Below are positions 48,288 through 60,400 of a stretch of DNA of 64,000 nucleotides, piece by piece; within the stretch, counting starts at the first letter, position 1; the number at the start of each line of letters is the position of its first letter. Source of the stretch: Cyanophora paradoxa CCMP329 (Eukaryota; Plantae; Glaucophyta); NCBI GenBank assembly GCA_004431415.1, contig QPMI01000420.1:124001-188000 (forward strand). The letters run 5' to 3'. The translations under genes and the position numbers were made by a program. The notes beneath the pieces were generated by a model that made no database searches, was not told where the DNA came from, and saw only the letters and a program-made list of their open reading frames with translations.

Positions 48288-50813
48288 ATGTCCGCACCAG
48301 CTCCGGCGGCCGCGGCTCCGGCCGCGCCGGCCGCGCCCGCGCCTGGCCATGGGACCAGCCAGCGCAGACTCTACCGCTACGTCTACCTGCCGGAGGATTT
48401 CACCTGCGACGATGAGCCCGAGAAGATCGAAAGCCCCGCTCCAAAGCGACTGCATTCGAATTCGTCGGGCTCAGCGGCGCGGAAGCGGCGCCGTGCAAGC
48501 CGCAAGGTCGAAGACGAAGACCCAGAGCCCGTTGAGGACCATAGCATCGTCCTCCTGCAGAGCCCGCAGCCGGCGCCAGCTCAAGAGCCGGCCGCGGCCG
48601 CGGCCGCGGCGCCGGCCGTCGCCGCTGGGGCCTCCGGCGAGCGCGGCTGCTGCCTGGACAGCCTCCCCGACGCTATTCTGTCTCGCGTCTTCGTCTTCGT
48701 CGCGTCGGCGATCGACCCGGAGCTCGAGCAGCAGCAACGACAGCCGTGGCTGCAGAACCCCGCGCCGCCGCTCTGCTGCGGGGCGCTCGAGGCGGAGCTG
48801 TGCCCCGAGCTCGCTCTAGACCCCGACGCGATGCCGGAGAAGCTTGGGCCGCTGCGGGGCGTGTGCCGGCGCTTCAAGCGGCTGGTGCGCTGAGCGTTCG
48901 CGTGCGGATTTTCAAAATCTGACGGGCGCCGCGCAGGTCGACGAGGACGCCGCGTGCTGGCAGCGCGTGCTGCTCGACTGCTCGGGCCAGCGCGGGGCGC
49001 TGAGCGCGCAGGACGACCTCTCGCCGCGCATCGACGGCGAGCCGTCCTCGAGCTCGTCCTCGTCCGCGTCGGACTCGAGCTCGTCGTACTCGGACTCGGA
49101 CGGCGAATTCGGAGGCTCCAGCCCCGCGCCCGCCCGCCTCGTCGCGCCGCTCCTGCGGCAACGCGAGGTGGTCAAGCGGGGCGTGCGGCGCCTGCGGGTC
49201 TGCTTCGGCGGCTCGCCCGACCTCTGCTCCGTGCAGCTGGCCGCCCTCTGCGGCGACGACGCTCTCGCGGCCGGCGTCGAGGAGCTCGACCTCCTCTTCC
49301 TGCGGAGCCCGTCCCAGTTCCACCCCGGGGCCTGCCTCTCCGCCCTCTCCGGCTTCCCCAACCTCCGGCGCCTCCGCGTCGCCTCCTGCGAGGTCTTCGC
49401 GGATCTGGACGGCGCCCTACAAGTCTCCGGGCCCGGCCGCGCCCCCTTCAGGATCCGGACCTTCAGGCGCCGCCGGTCCGTCGACAAGCTCCTCCGCGGC
49501 CTCTGCTCGGGGGGACTCCCCGAGCCCCTCGCCTCCGCCGCGGCCGCCATCGCCTCCCTGCGGAAGCTGGAGGTCCTGGACGCACCGGCCCTGCCCGCGA
49601 CCGCGGCCGCCGTCCAAGTCCTCGCCGGCCTCCCGCTCCGCGCCCTCCGCCTCGCCGCCCCCGACCTCCTCCTCGACGACGATGCCTCCGCCGTCCTCTC
49701 GCACGCCGCCGCCGCGGCCGCCGCGCGCGCCTTCCCCCGCCTCGAGCGCCTCCACGTGCGCTGTGCGCGGCCCCTGCGCTGGTTCGCCTCGCCGGACGCG
49801 GAGGACGCGGAGGCCGAGCAGGCCCTCCTCGATCCCCTCTCAGCCCTCACCCAGCTCCGCTGTGCGCGTACCCCCGCCCCACCTTGTTTCCCGATCTGAT
49901 CCGCGCGCGCACCGCAGCCCTGAGCCTCGAGCAGCCCCTCTCCTCCCTCGCCTTCCTCCGCCCCCTGACCCGCCTCGAGCACCTGTCCGCCCTCGTGCCC
50001 TGGGAGGCCGACCCGGCGCCGCTCGCGGCCCTCGGCCCCCGCCTCCGCTCGCTGGGCCTCGCCCACCACGGCTTCCCGCGCGACTCCGAGATCTTCCGGC
50101 CCCCTGGCGAAACCAGCTTCTGGAGGCTCGAGGTCGACGCCGGTGACCGGAAGGAAGGCCCGCAGCGCGCGGGCCGCCCTCTCCGAAGCCCTCGCGAGCA
50201 TGCAGGCCCTCGAGGTGCCCTCTCTGCTCCTCGCCGTCCTCGGCGCCGCTCACCGTACCCCTGCAGGGGCTGCATCTCCACGCCGACGAGCAGACACTCC
50301 TCGCCCTCGCCGCCGCGCCCTTGGCGTTGCCCCGCCTCCGCGCCCTCAAGATCTTCTCCTCCGACAGCGGCCAGGCGCCCCCCGGCGTCGTCACGGTACC
50401 CCTTACCCCTCTCCTCCCCCACCCCGAAACGAAGAGCTGACCGCCCCGCCCCGCAGTGGGCGGCGGCGGCCCCGGGCCTGCGCGACCTCTGCATCGATTC
50501 CCTCCTCCTCCCGCCCTCCGACGAAGTCGCCGCGGCCCTCGCGGACAGCCGCCTCTGGCGCATCAGAACGGTCCCCACCAAGGAGCTTAACTATTTTTAC
50601 CCGGACGCGGGCCGCCTGACCCGCGACGACCTGCTCTGGTGGCACCGGCTCCTTTCGGTTATGACCCGCGAGTTTGAGGCGCGGGTCGGCGTGCGGGTCG
50701 AGAGGGCCGGCCTCCCGCCGCCCCCAATCGATCGCGACCTGCATCGCGAACGGGGCACCATCACCCCCATAGACTCGACGAAAAAGCGTAGAGCGTTCTT
50801 TGAGCAGCTGTAG
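48288..50813 (+). CDS. F-box / leucine-rich-repeat (RNI-like) protein
   Basis: F-box LDSLPDAILSRVFVFV...LRGVCRRFKRL|VDEDAACW, followed by LRRs FPNLRRLRV, LRKLEVLD, FPRLERLHV, LTRLEHLS and PGLRDLCI. Stop TAG at 50811-50813. Confidence 0.85.
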
Positions 50814-51159
50814 TCGACGCCCCAATTCAAGGCAGCTTTCTAGAGTATTTCCTGCCCTCTTTCTCCGAGCAATGCAAGTGCAATGTGGGGAGCACATGTG
50901 CAGCACAGGGCGCGGCGCCGGACCGGCTCTGCATTTGGGAGCATCGGAGCTGAGCTACGGATCGTCCGTCGCCACGCCGAAGCGCTGCGAGCGGTAGTTC
51001 GTGAAGCACGCAAAGTCGTTCTGTGGAGAGCTCGAGTTCAGCCCGGCTCAAGTCGTGCGGAGAGCTCAGCCCGCGGGCGGCTCGAGTTGTGCTCGATCGC
51101 GAGTCGCCGGCGTGCTGCGGGCGGAACTTCGGAACTGCATGCATATGCCGGGGATCCGG

Positions 51160-51252
51160 ACTGACCTGCAGATGACAAGGCCCATGACACTGACTTGCAG
51201 ATGACAAGGTGTTCCAGATGACCTGCCCCGTGTTCCAGATCTAGATGACCCG
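51160..51252. repeat. Short degenerate tandem repeats built on (C)AGATGAC
   Basis: ctgacctgcagatgacaagg / ctgacttgcagatgacaagg / gtgttccagatgacc / gtgttccagatctagatgacc. Confidence 0.6.
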
Positions 51253-52088
51253 CTGCCCGCTCGGTGAGACTCCAAGTGCGGCGGGGAGGAGGGGGTACGG
51301 GCGCACGGTGCGGCGTCCTGCGGGTCCAGCGAGGCCGCGGGTCCCTAGCCTTGATCATGAGGTGCTCGGGCACATGCAGCCTCCGGCGCTTTGTAGTCGT
51401 AGAAGGCAAAGGATCCGCCGTACCGCGCGAAACGCTTGTCTGGGGTACGCCATCATTCAGGGAGGGGGGTACGGGATTTGTAGACGGTGGCCACGCGCCT
51501 GGCGTCCGCATCCGGATCCGGATCCGCTGCGGGGCGCGGGTTCATGATCAGGAGGGGTACGCGATCTTGCGCAGGGGGTACGCACGCGGAGGGCGCGGAA
51601 GGCGGGCGGGGAGCTGACACATGCACAACAGATCGGCCCGCCGTCGATCGCTGACCTTCAGCGTCTCGCGATCGCGGCTGCCGCCGGCCGGCCCGGGCAC
51701 TGCGGACGACGACACACTCCGGGCGGCACCTTAGGGTTAGGCCTGCTAGACCCTCCGGTGGGCTCCATTCAAATTCATTCATGCCGCACGCTCGAATTCA
51801 TGTCACATTTACAGAATCCGCGAAACATAATCTTCTCTCAGTGATCTTGACGACAAATTTAAATCTGCTCCTGACGGAAATAAACAAATATGCAGCCGGC
51901 GCCGAATTCGTTTTCGCAGATCTCATCCTGAAACAGAAGAGCTTGAAGTGATGAAACAGGAACAGCTGCAGCCACGACAAGGACGCCGTGTGACGCGTAC
52001 GTCGACGTTGACTGACAACAAATCCCTAGAAGAAACCGAACATAACAGATGTCGAATTCGAAGTGTTAACTATAGCTAACTTCTACAG

Positions 52089-55000
52089 CTAGACCTTGTT
52101 GAAGATTTCGGCGTGGTAGATCTGCAGGCCCGTCTTGTAGAAGAAGCTGAGGAAGGGCAGCGTCGGCCACGAGGCGGGCGGCTTGATCTCCCACCCGCAC
52201 GCCACCAGCAGCCGCAGCACCACTGCGGCGAAACGCTTCTTAGGGGACGCCGACAGCGAACTATAGCTAATTGCAAGCGCATCAAAAGTGAAGCGGCCAT
52301 TTTGCTGATCACCTTTCACAACGTCCTGGTTGAAAGCCTGCTCGTCGACGTAGGCGCCGGCGGTCTCCGCGATCGCGACCTCGGCCGCCGGCTGCGGCCG
52401 TGGCTTGTCGTTGCCGCCGGAGCGCTTGTGCACTCCAAGGCACTCGAAGGGGACCTGGCGTCGGGTTGGCCTTCGTCGTCAGATTCGTAGACGCGGGCGG
52501 GCGCGCGCGCGCACCAGCCGATTGCTGATTCGGCGCTTGCGGATCTTGTCCGGGCCGTAGAGGAACCCTGCTCCAGAATCAAACATGACGAAAAAGATGC
52601 GCCAGCAATAAACTAACTGCTGGACTGCGAAAACCACATCGAATTCAAGTGCGGACCGGCACGCTTCTTCTTGGAGGCCCAGCTCTCGTGCGCGTTGCTG
52701 GCCAGCAGCTGCACGAGCTCGCTGACCACCTCTTTGGCCGCGGTCGCGGCCTCCGTGCTCTTGTTGGACTCGATCTCCTCTTTGAACACGGCCTTGTTCA
52801 CCTTCAGAAGGAGGTAGTTCTGCGGGGAGGAGCAAGTTATCAAGGCGCACAAAAGCTGCGGGATTCGCAGACAGCGGAGGGCAGAGCGGACCGGGGGCAG
52901 GCACGGCTTTTCGGCGACGTACTTCTTCCATGACGGATCCTCTTTGAGGGCCAGCTTGGGGCACTCGTACAGCGGGAAAGCCTGCTGGCTGGCGCCCGTC
53001 CATTTGAGCAGGTCCGGCATGCCCGGCCAGCCGTTGATCTCGACCGAAGACTTGGGCGGGCGGAACGTGTACCCGCAGTACATGGCCGCGTACAAGATCT
53101 GCCGTACGCGTCCAGCGCACGTCAAGCTTAAGGAGGTCCGCGTGTGGCGTCCGGCGACTCTGGGCGCTGCGCACCTCCAGGGCTTCCTGGATGTCCTCCT
53201 CCTTCTTCTTGCGAATCGCAGCGCCCAGCTTCAGTTTCTCGCTGCCCGGTGCCTTGTCCTCGACATAAGTCTGCCACTCGCGCCCTCAGGAGAACGGACA
53301 GCAGTCGAACGCAGCGCACGAATTCACCGTCATGAAGCTGGAGATCTTGCGCCCGTCGCCCTCCTCGCTCTTGTCTTTCCCGTACTTCCAGCCGTCCTTC
53401 AGGCGCAAGCGAACCCACTGGTCGTGGTACGCGATCCCGAGGGCCTCGAGCAGAGTGACCTGGTGTCTCGTGTAGTCAACATCAACCTTACGGGCCTCCC
53501 CGATGATTGCGCTGTTGTCTCCGGCTGAAGACACGCCGTACTGGTTTGAGTTATTCACCTGACCGAGAAAAGATTGTGAGATCAACCATGTCGAAATACG
53601 CACAGAACAAACTGCGCACAACGAGAACGGGGATGCACAGCTTGGTCTTCCGCAAAGCTTCCCGAAGCTTTTGACCACTGTGCCGAACAATCAAAGCCTG
53701 GCCCATCTAGAAAACAATCGCTGCGTGCGAGCAAAGCAATCTCACTTCTTCTTGGCTATATCAGATGTGTCATAGGGACGCGGAATCCAAATTGTATTCT
53801 TCTCCTCATCCTGGGAACACGTGCAGTGATGTCAGAGAGTAAGGTCAGAAAACACTAGCTCTTCGGACGGCAGTTCATTAGAGTTGTAAGAGTTCATTAG
53901 CGGACGGCAGCTTCTGTACTTAACGCACCATGTCAATCTTGACGAAGCATTGGGGGGGCAGCGTGGACAAGAAGCGTAGCGTCTGATCGTGACCACGACT
54001 CGCGGTCAGGCAGTTCGAGTTCGCGTCCGCTGAGCAGCGGATGGGACTGCGACCGAACCTCGCGCTTGATGTCGATCTCGTTCGCCCCCCAGCTCTTCTG
54101 GATCGTGATGTCACGCACGATGCGAGCCACCTGAGCGCCCTGAGCGCCTGAAATTTGAAGGACTTCGCGAACTTTCGGACCTCGTCAAAGCGGAGCGAGT
54201 CGCGGATGACGAGCGACTGGGGGTCCGCCTCGTCGCCTCCGGCAGAGGGGGAGGAGCTGAGGATCGTGAGGTACAGATCCTGAACCCGACGATCGAACTG
54301 CGGTTCCGGAACGGCAATTGCAAGTGAGTGCACATGCGTTGAGAAGAAAATTAGAAAATGCAATCGTTTTAATGTTACAATACAAAGTCGGATAAAGCAC
54401 AAACACGACGCTGGTACCTCATTCACAGCGATCGTCAGATGCTCGTAAAAGGTCGGCTTGAGACCGGCGCGGCCGAGAATCGCGTTTTCCCCCTGCTCGA
54501 GCTCGCATTCAGTACTGATCGTACCAGGAGTCTTGAAACTGCAGGCAACGAACCCCAACGAGGCGGATCGCCCTGCGGCGGCCGACCACGCCGCCTTCGC
54601 CATCGCCGTCGAGGCTGTCGGGCCCCGCCTCTTTCACCTTGGGCTCCAGGGTCTTCAGCTTGTCGACGAGGTCCACCACGCACTTCGTCGCCTCCCCGAT
54701 GGTCTGGCGCAGAGCTCGCGAGCATGAGGGCCCTAAATATGAGGAGAGAGGGCGCGAGGATAGCGAATCTCACAGCGCGGTAAAGGGCGTCGACGAGGAC
54801 GGCATCCTCGACAAGATGCTGGAAGGTGTTCTCCTCTTTCTCCCCGCACTTGAGTAGATGCTCCTGCACGAAATAAAAGAGCTTAGATCAATGCGCAAGA
54901 ATTGCGTCTACAAAGAAAAGTTGAGCAAAAAAGCTCGGCTCGCCGTTTTGTTCTCCTTCGCGAATTCCCGCAGTGCTTCAATGATCTGTTGATTCACGGC

Positions 55001-57441
55001 TGACAGTCAATCCCGGTCTGGAAGCCTCGAAGCGTCCCAGCAGAGAACGCACGGAAAGCATGTCGTCAAGGGCGAACGTGCGCCGAACGAAGCGCGCGGG
55101 CGTGTAGACCTTGTACGCCCCCCGGTCGTCCAGGAGCTTGCGCAGCTCGTAGTTCCTCCGGCTGATGGACATCAGCGCCTCTTCCAGCTGCGCTCGATGA
55201 TAAGACGCGCATTCGAAGCTTGTATGGCATTTCAGAGAGGGCCAAAGGGCACCTCCACATCCTCGACCATCTGCTTTGGGACCTTCATTTCGAAGGCTTC
55301 GAACGCATAGCGGATGCGGTTGCCGAGCACGACGTTCGGGCCGCGGAGGTAGAAATAGAGGCGGAGTTTCGCGGCGGCCCTGCGCGTTGCCAATTTTGAG
55401 TGATTAGCACCAGAAGCGAAGGTACCGGAGAAGCATATGCATACCAGAAGGGTATGGTGAGACTATCGCCATCGTGGATGGAGAACGTGTGTGCGCTCGT
55501 TTCGAAGTGAAGGTGGCGTTTCTTCGGCGTCTCATGATCGGGTTTTTTCGCAACGCATCCAAGGCACTCGAAAAGCCCCTTGCACTTCGTCGCCACCCAC
55601 CGGAAGGGCGACATCAGCCAGCCAAACGACAGGACCGTTATCGCTGCGGATTGCATCGTGTAGTCTTTATCCATCGGCGCCAGATCAATGTACTTGTTCG
55701 TCATCTGCCGCTCTGCGTGAGCCAGAATCTCACCCATCCGTGATTGCGATTGCGTTCCCACGCACGGAGTAGACGACAAAGAATTGCTTTCTGTCGGCCG
55801 AGACGCCGCGCGCGTTCGAGCTGTGGCCGAAGGCGTCTTCCTCTTCGCCGTCGAGGGCGCCTTGCTCGTGATGCAGTTGAAGATAAAGCCCGTTCTTTGC
55901 ACAGCGTCAAATACTCGGCGATTACAGTTTTGAGTAACGGAGCTCATATATACCCGCATGACATCCATCATGAAGCGCGCCTCAGCATCTTCCAGATCAG
56001 TCCTGTCGCGATGTTAAGATGTCGAAGCGCTGATTTACCAAATCAGGAGCACAATATAGACGCACACGAGCTCTGCATGCGGCTTTGTCGACTCGTAATA
56101 ATCGACTCCTAGTTTCGACTCGTCGGCGAGAATCTCCTTGACCAGCGACCACTTGGCTCCTTTAAAGTGCTTTTCGTCCTCCTTTGTCCTCTTCTTCTTC
56201 TCAAGTTTCACTTGCGATTGAGCGAGCTCGAGCGCGCGGCGCGCTCGCGCGTCGCTCGAGAGCTTGCTGTATTCCTCCGATAGCCAGATCTGCATTCGAA
56301 ATTTAAATGATCATTGGGACGCGCACCCGATGTGAGACACGACGCACCCGAATACACGGCGGAGGCTTGTTTTTCTCCGAGCGAGGAGGGGTAACTAGAC
56401 ATGGTTTTGAATCTTCCGACTCTTCCTCGTTTTTGTCCTCTTTCGAATTCTTGTCTTTTTGCTCCTTCTGCTTGTCGTCTTTGCTGTCCTCCTTCCGGCG
56501 AAGAACCCTGAGCTGGAACATCGACGAGTTCAGCGCTCACAATATCACAGATATATATAAAGGGTCACCTTGAGCTCCGCCCGCGCTATTTTTGACCAGG
56601 GGCTCCTTAGGTCGTCGGGGCTCAAAATGTCCAGGAGCTCCTGCTCGCTCTTCACGGCTTCCACCCTGCCCGGAGAGGAGAGGATCACTTAATGGAACGG
56701 AATGGAGGCTAGGCAGCGGGCGGCGCACCCAGCTTCTTCATAGTACTGTCATTGATCGCGACGCAGGCAGTTAGTATATATGTAAATGTGAGCATTTATG
56801 TAAGAGGATTCAGCATCGAGCTTGCGCACTTTTCCGACGATTGCGATGAAGATGTTCTGGGCGCGAAACACTCATGTTTCATGTTTCCGAATTCGATTGA
56901 ATTCAAAGTCAATACTACGGTACTCACAACGAGGACCAGTCCCATAATGACGATGAACGAAAAGTAGAAGATCTGAGCCCAAGAATAAGCCTCAATCACG
57001 ACGTTCTCCTCTCCGAGGCTCTGGATCTGGAATCAGCGCACCATACCAGCCACCGGGGAGACTTCCGCCATTTCGGAGGGGTTGAAGCCTCCGCTCAGGT
57101 TGCTGCTTCGGCGGTGAGCGGCGCGAGTGAACCGAAATCGAACTCGAGAACTCGAAGCCGCTGCGTACCCGAACAGATTTGCGATGCTGCTCTTGAAAGT
57201 GCGGAACTCTGCGGGCAATCGATTGGTCAAGACGCGGCGATGCGGGCGCCGCCGCTGCCCCCAGCATGCGCTCAAACGTCTCACCTTCGATGCGGTGGCC
57301 CTACATACGCAGAGAAAGCGATTATTAGAATTCAGCTGCAGAAATCCGAGACTACATTGAAGTGAGATGCTTACGAAAATCACGAAAGCCATCGCCGCGT
57401 AACCGCCGAACAGAATGACTGCGAACGTTACCGTTAACAAA

Positions 57442-57472
<31 letters not shown>

Positions 57473-60400
57473 AGCATACGCACAGAAGATAAACACAAAG
57501 GAGGCCAGGTCAGGAACCGCCTGAGGGGGCGCGGACTCGGATTACAATATATATATGAGAGCCGCAGCGACAAACTGAAGCAGCGCGCTCGAGCTCGCCT
57601 TGGTGATCGTGTTGGTCAGGATGGCGAGCCGCGGGGTGAACTCGAGGTACTTGTAGGAGCGGATGCAGAGGATGAGGATCGAGACGCCGGCCAACTGCAG
57701 TTCCGGTTTAAGCACGAACTCCCTCGCGAGCCGCGGGCCGCGAGCGAGCCGCGGACGGCGACGCCGGCGCGCGCACCTGCTGGATCGTGCTCATGTGGTC
57801 GAGGCCCTCATCGAAGTCGTAGAAGCGGGTGGGGTCCACGCTATGGGCCAACTTTGCCGTCATGCGCTCGCAGAAGCGATCTGAACAGCAGTCAAGAATG
57901 CATAAGGCTGTAGACGTATTACGCAGTTCTAGACGGTTCAGAGCGCGGACAGTACTGAATGCCCTTGTAGCCAGCTACGAAGAGGAGCACGAGGTTCGGC
58001 ACATCCAGAAGGTTCCACTTGTCGCCTGACGAAAAGGAAATTAAAGCAGGAGGTACACAAAGCATATACACGTGAAGCGCGTTCTGCTAGATACCCGTGA
58101 TGTACTCTAGTAGGCCCTTGTCAAAAATCTCGATGATCTCGGCAACGAAGTAGCCTGCGCACGGTTTTAATTTGTCAGCTGCATAGTACACGAACAGACA
58201 GAAGCTTGAGGAATACGCACAAGCAGCCGCCAAGTAGAACACGATAGCTTGCGATTGCGGAATTCAAATATCAATGTCAAGCAGCGATGCGAGAACAAGG
58301 GCGCGCGTGCAAACACACCGATAACCACAGTCCAGCGGTCGAAAGTGTCGAGGTGGAGAGTGTCCACGCGGACGCTCGGCATGGCCAGGCCCTGCACCGT
58401 TGGATCAGAGAGCAGAGAGGAGAGAGGAGGGGTTGGGAGCAGAGGGACCGCTGTGGGGAACTCGACCATGAACGCCATCGCCACGAACGTGTCTGCGTTT
58501 AAGCAGTCAGCGCTCGGCTTGTGAGAGAAACGAAAGGGGTAGAGGGAAGAGGGGGGGGAGAGAGGGAGGAGCGGACAGGACGAAAACGGACGGAGGGCGG
58601 GAACGAATGGCGGGGAAGGGAGCTCGAGGGATGGAGATAGGGGGGGGGAGGGAGGGAGGGGGGGAGAGGGAGGGGGGGGAGGGGCGGGGGGGGGGGGGCG
58701 TGGGTGGACGTGGGTGGGCGGGCGAAGCAGGGCACGGGAAAGATGCGGGGGCGAGGAGGGGCGGGGGGAAGAAGGGGGCGGGAACTGGCCCAGTGGAAGA
58801 AAACGAAAAACGGGCGGATGGGGGGGAGGAGGAGGAGAACGGGGGTAATGGGCAGGGAGAGCCGGCCGCTCAGGGTCGGAAGGTCGCCGGGACGGGGAAA
58901 GGGCCGGGTGGTGGTGGCGGGTGGGGGGGGGCGGGGGGGGGGCGAAGGGGAGGAGGGGGGGGGGCGAAGGGAGGGGGGGTGGGGGGCGCTAAGGGGGTGC
59001 CGCACTCGTGTGGGGGTTCTGCCAGTTCGCTTCGATGACCACAGCGCGCGTGCCGGCGTCGAGCCAACCCCCCTCCTGAGCTGAATAAGAAGGGGCAGAT
59101 CCAGAGCAGCGCTGGAATGGAAATCTAAAGCTGCACTACGGCAGGCGCGCGCGAGCGCGCCTTGAGCTCGTTGCTGATGTTGAGGTTCTGCTCGTTGCTC
59201 GTGCCGGACAGGAGCGCGACGTAGCCACCGAACCCGTACGAGTTCGGGACCTGGTTCAACACTAAGCTCGGCCGCGCGCCCTAGTGGCCAATTGTGCGCT
59301 TGCAGCGGACGCACCTCGCCCGTGAGCTGGTCGCGGAGGTAGCCGGAGGATGGCTCGACCTCGCGCATGCCCGTGCGGTACCGCCACCTGCTCGGGCGCG
59401 GACAAGGCTGTCAGGCGGGACCGAAGCGAAAGCCGAGATCTAATTGATTGATTAATTGATCAACAGCGCACTCGTCGTCGTTCAGGGGGAAGGCGCTGCG
59501 GTCCTCGACCCCTGGGTTAAAGTCATTGTAGCACCTGCCCGAGCCCGGCGAACGAAGTTGTTAGGAGGAAAGGCGTCAATTTAAGGTCTCCAGACGGAGC
59601 CGCCGCACCGCCAGTCGACCATCTTCGAGTGCCCGGGGATGATCGCCTTGCAGTCGAACGGAGTGCTGCGGATCTGTCGGATTCGGACGGCGCCGACCTG
59701 CGCCGAGGCGGTCGCTGTGGTCAGCAGCGGATAGAAGTTAAAGAGAGCCAATGCTCCGACCTGCTGGCGGAACCAGCGGAAGGAGCCCTCCCTCTCGTTC
59801 GCGGGGTCCGTTAGCGGCAGTAAGACGTCCGCCAGCCATCCGTAGAGGTCGCCTGGCGGCGTATCAGCACGCGGAATAGGCATGCACGCGCAGGCGCAAT
59901 AAATTAATCACAGATCGAAGCGACGCACCAACGTCCTTGACACTTTCGAAGGCCTGAGGGAATTCGATTATAATTGGCGGAATGAAAGGGCAAGGCACGA
60001 ATCGATTGAAGAGACCCTCGGGCACCTCCTCCATGTCAAGGTGCCCGTCGACGATCAGAGACTCGTTCTGCTCGTAGTTGATCTGCGGAAAAGTATAGTC
60101 AGGCCGGAAGGGGAGGCTGGCAGGCGAAATGGAAGAGGGCTCTGGTAGCCTCGGAGGAGGCCCTGGGGGCCGATTCTAGGGCCCGGTTCGCGGCCGCCAC
60201 CAGCCTTTGGGGGAGGCGGGGGGGCGGGAGGGGGAGGGGGGGCGGGGGCCGGGGGATGAATGGGAGGGGCGGAAGAGGAGGGGCGGGGGGGGGGGGGGGA
60301 GGGGGGCGGGCGGGCGGTGGTGCGCGGAAGGATGGCCTGAGAGGCCCTGAGGGGAGGGGAGGGCCGGGCGGGGAAGAGCGAAAGAAGGGTGGGAGGGTGG

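Noticed and set aside
51731-51741. TTAGGGTTAGG telomere-like motif
   Set aside because: Fewer than two full units; expected by chance.
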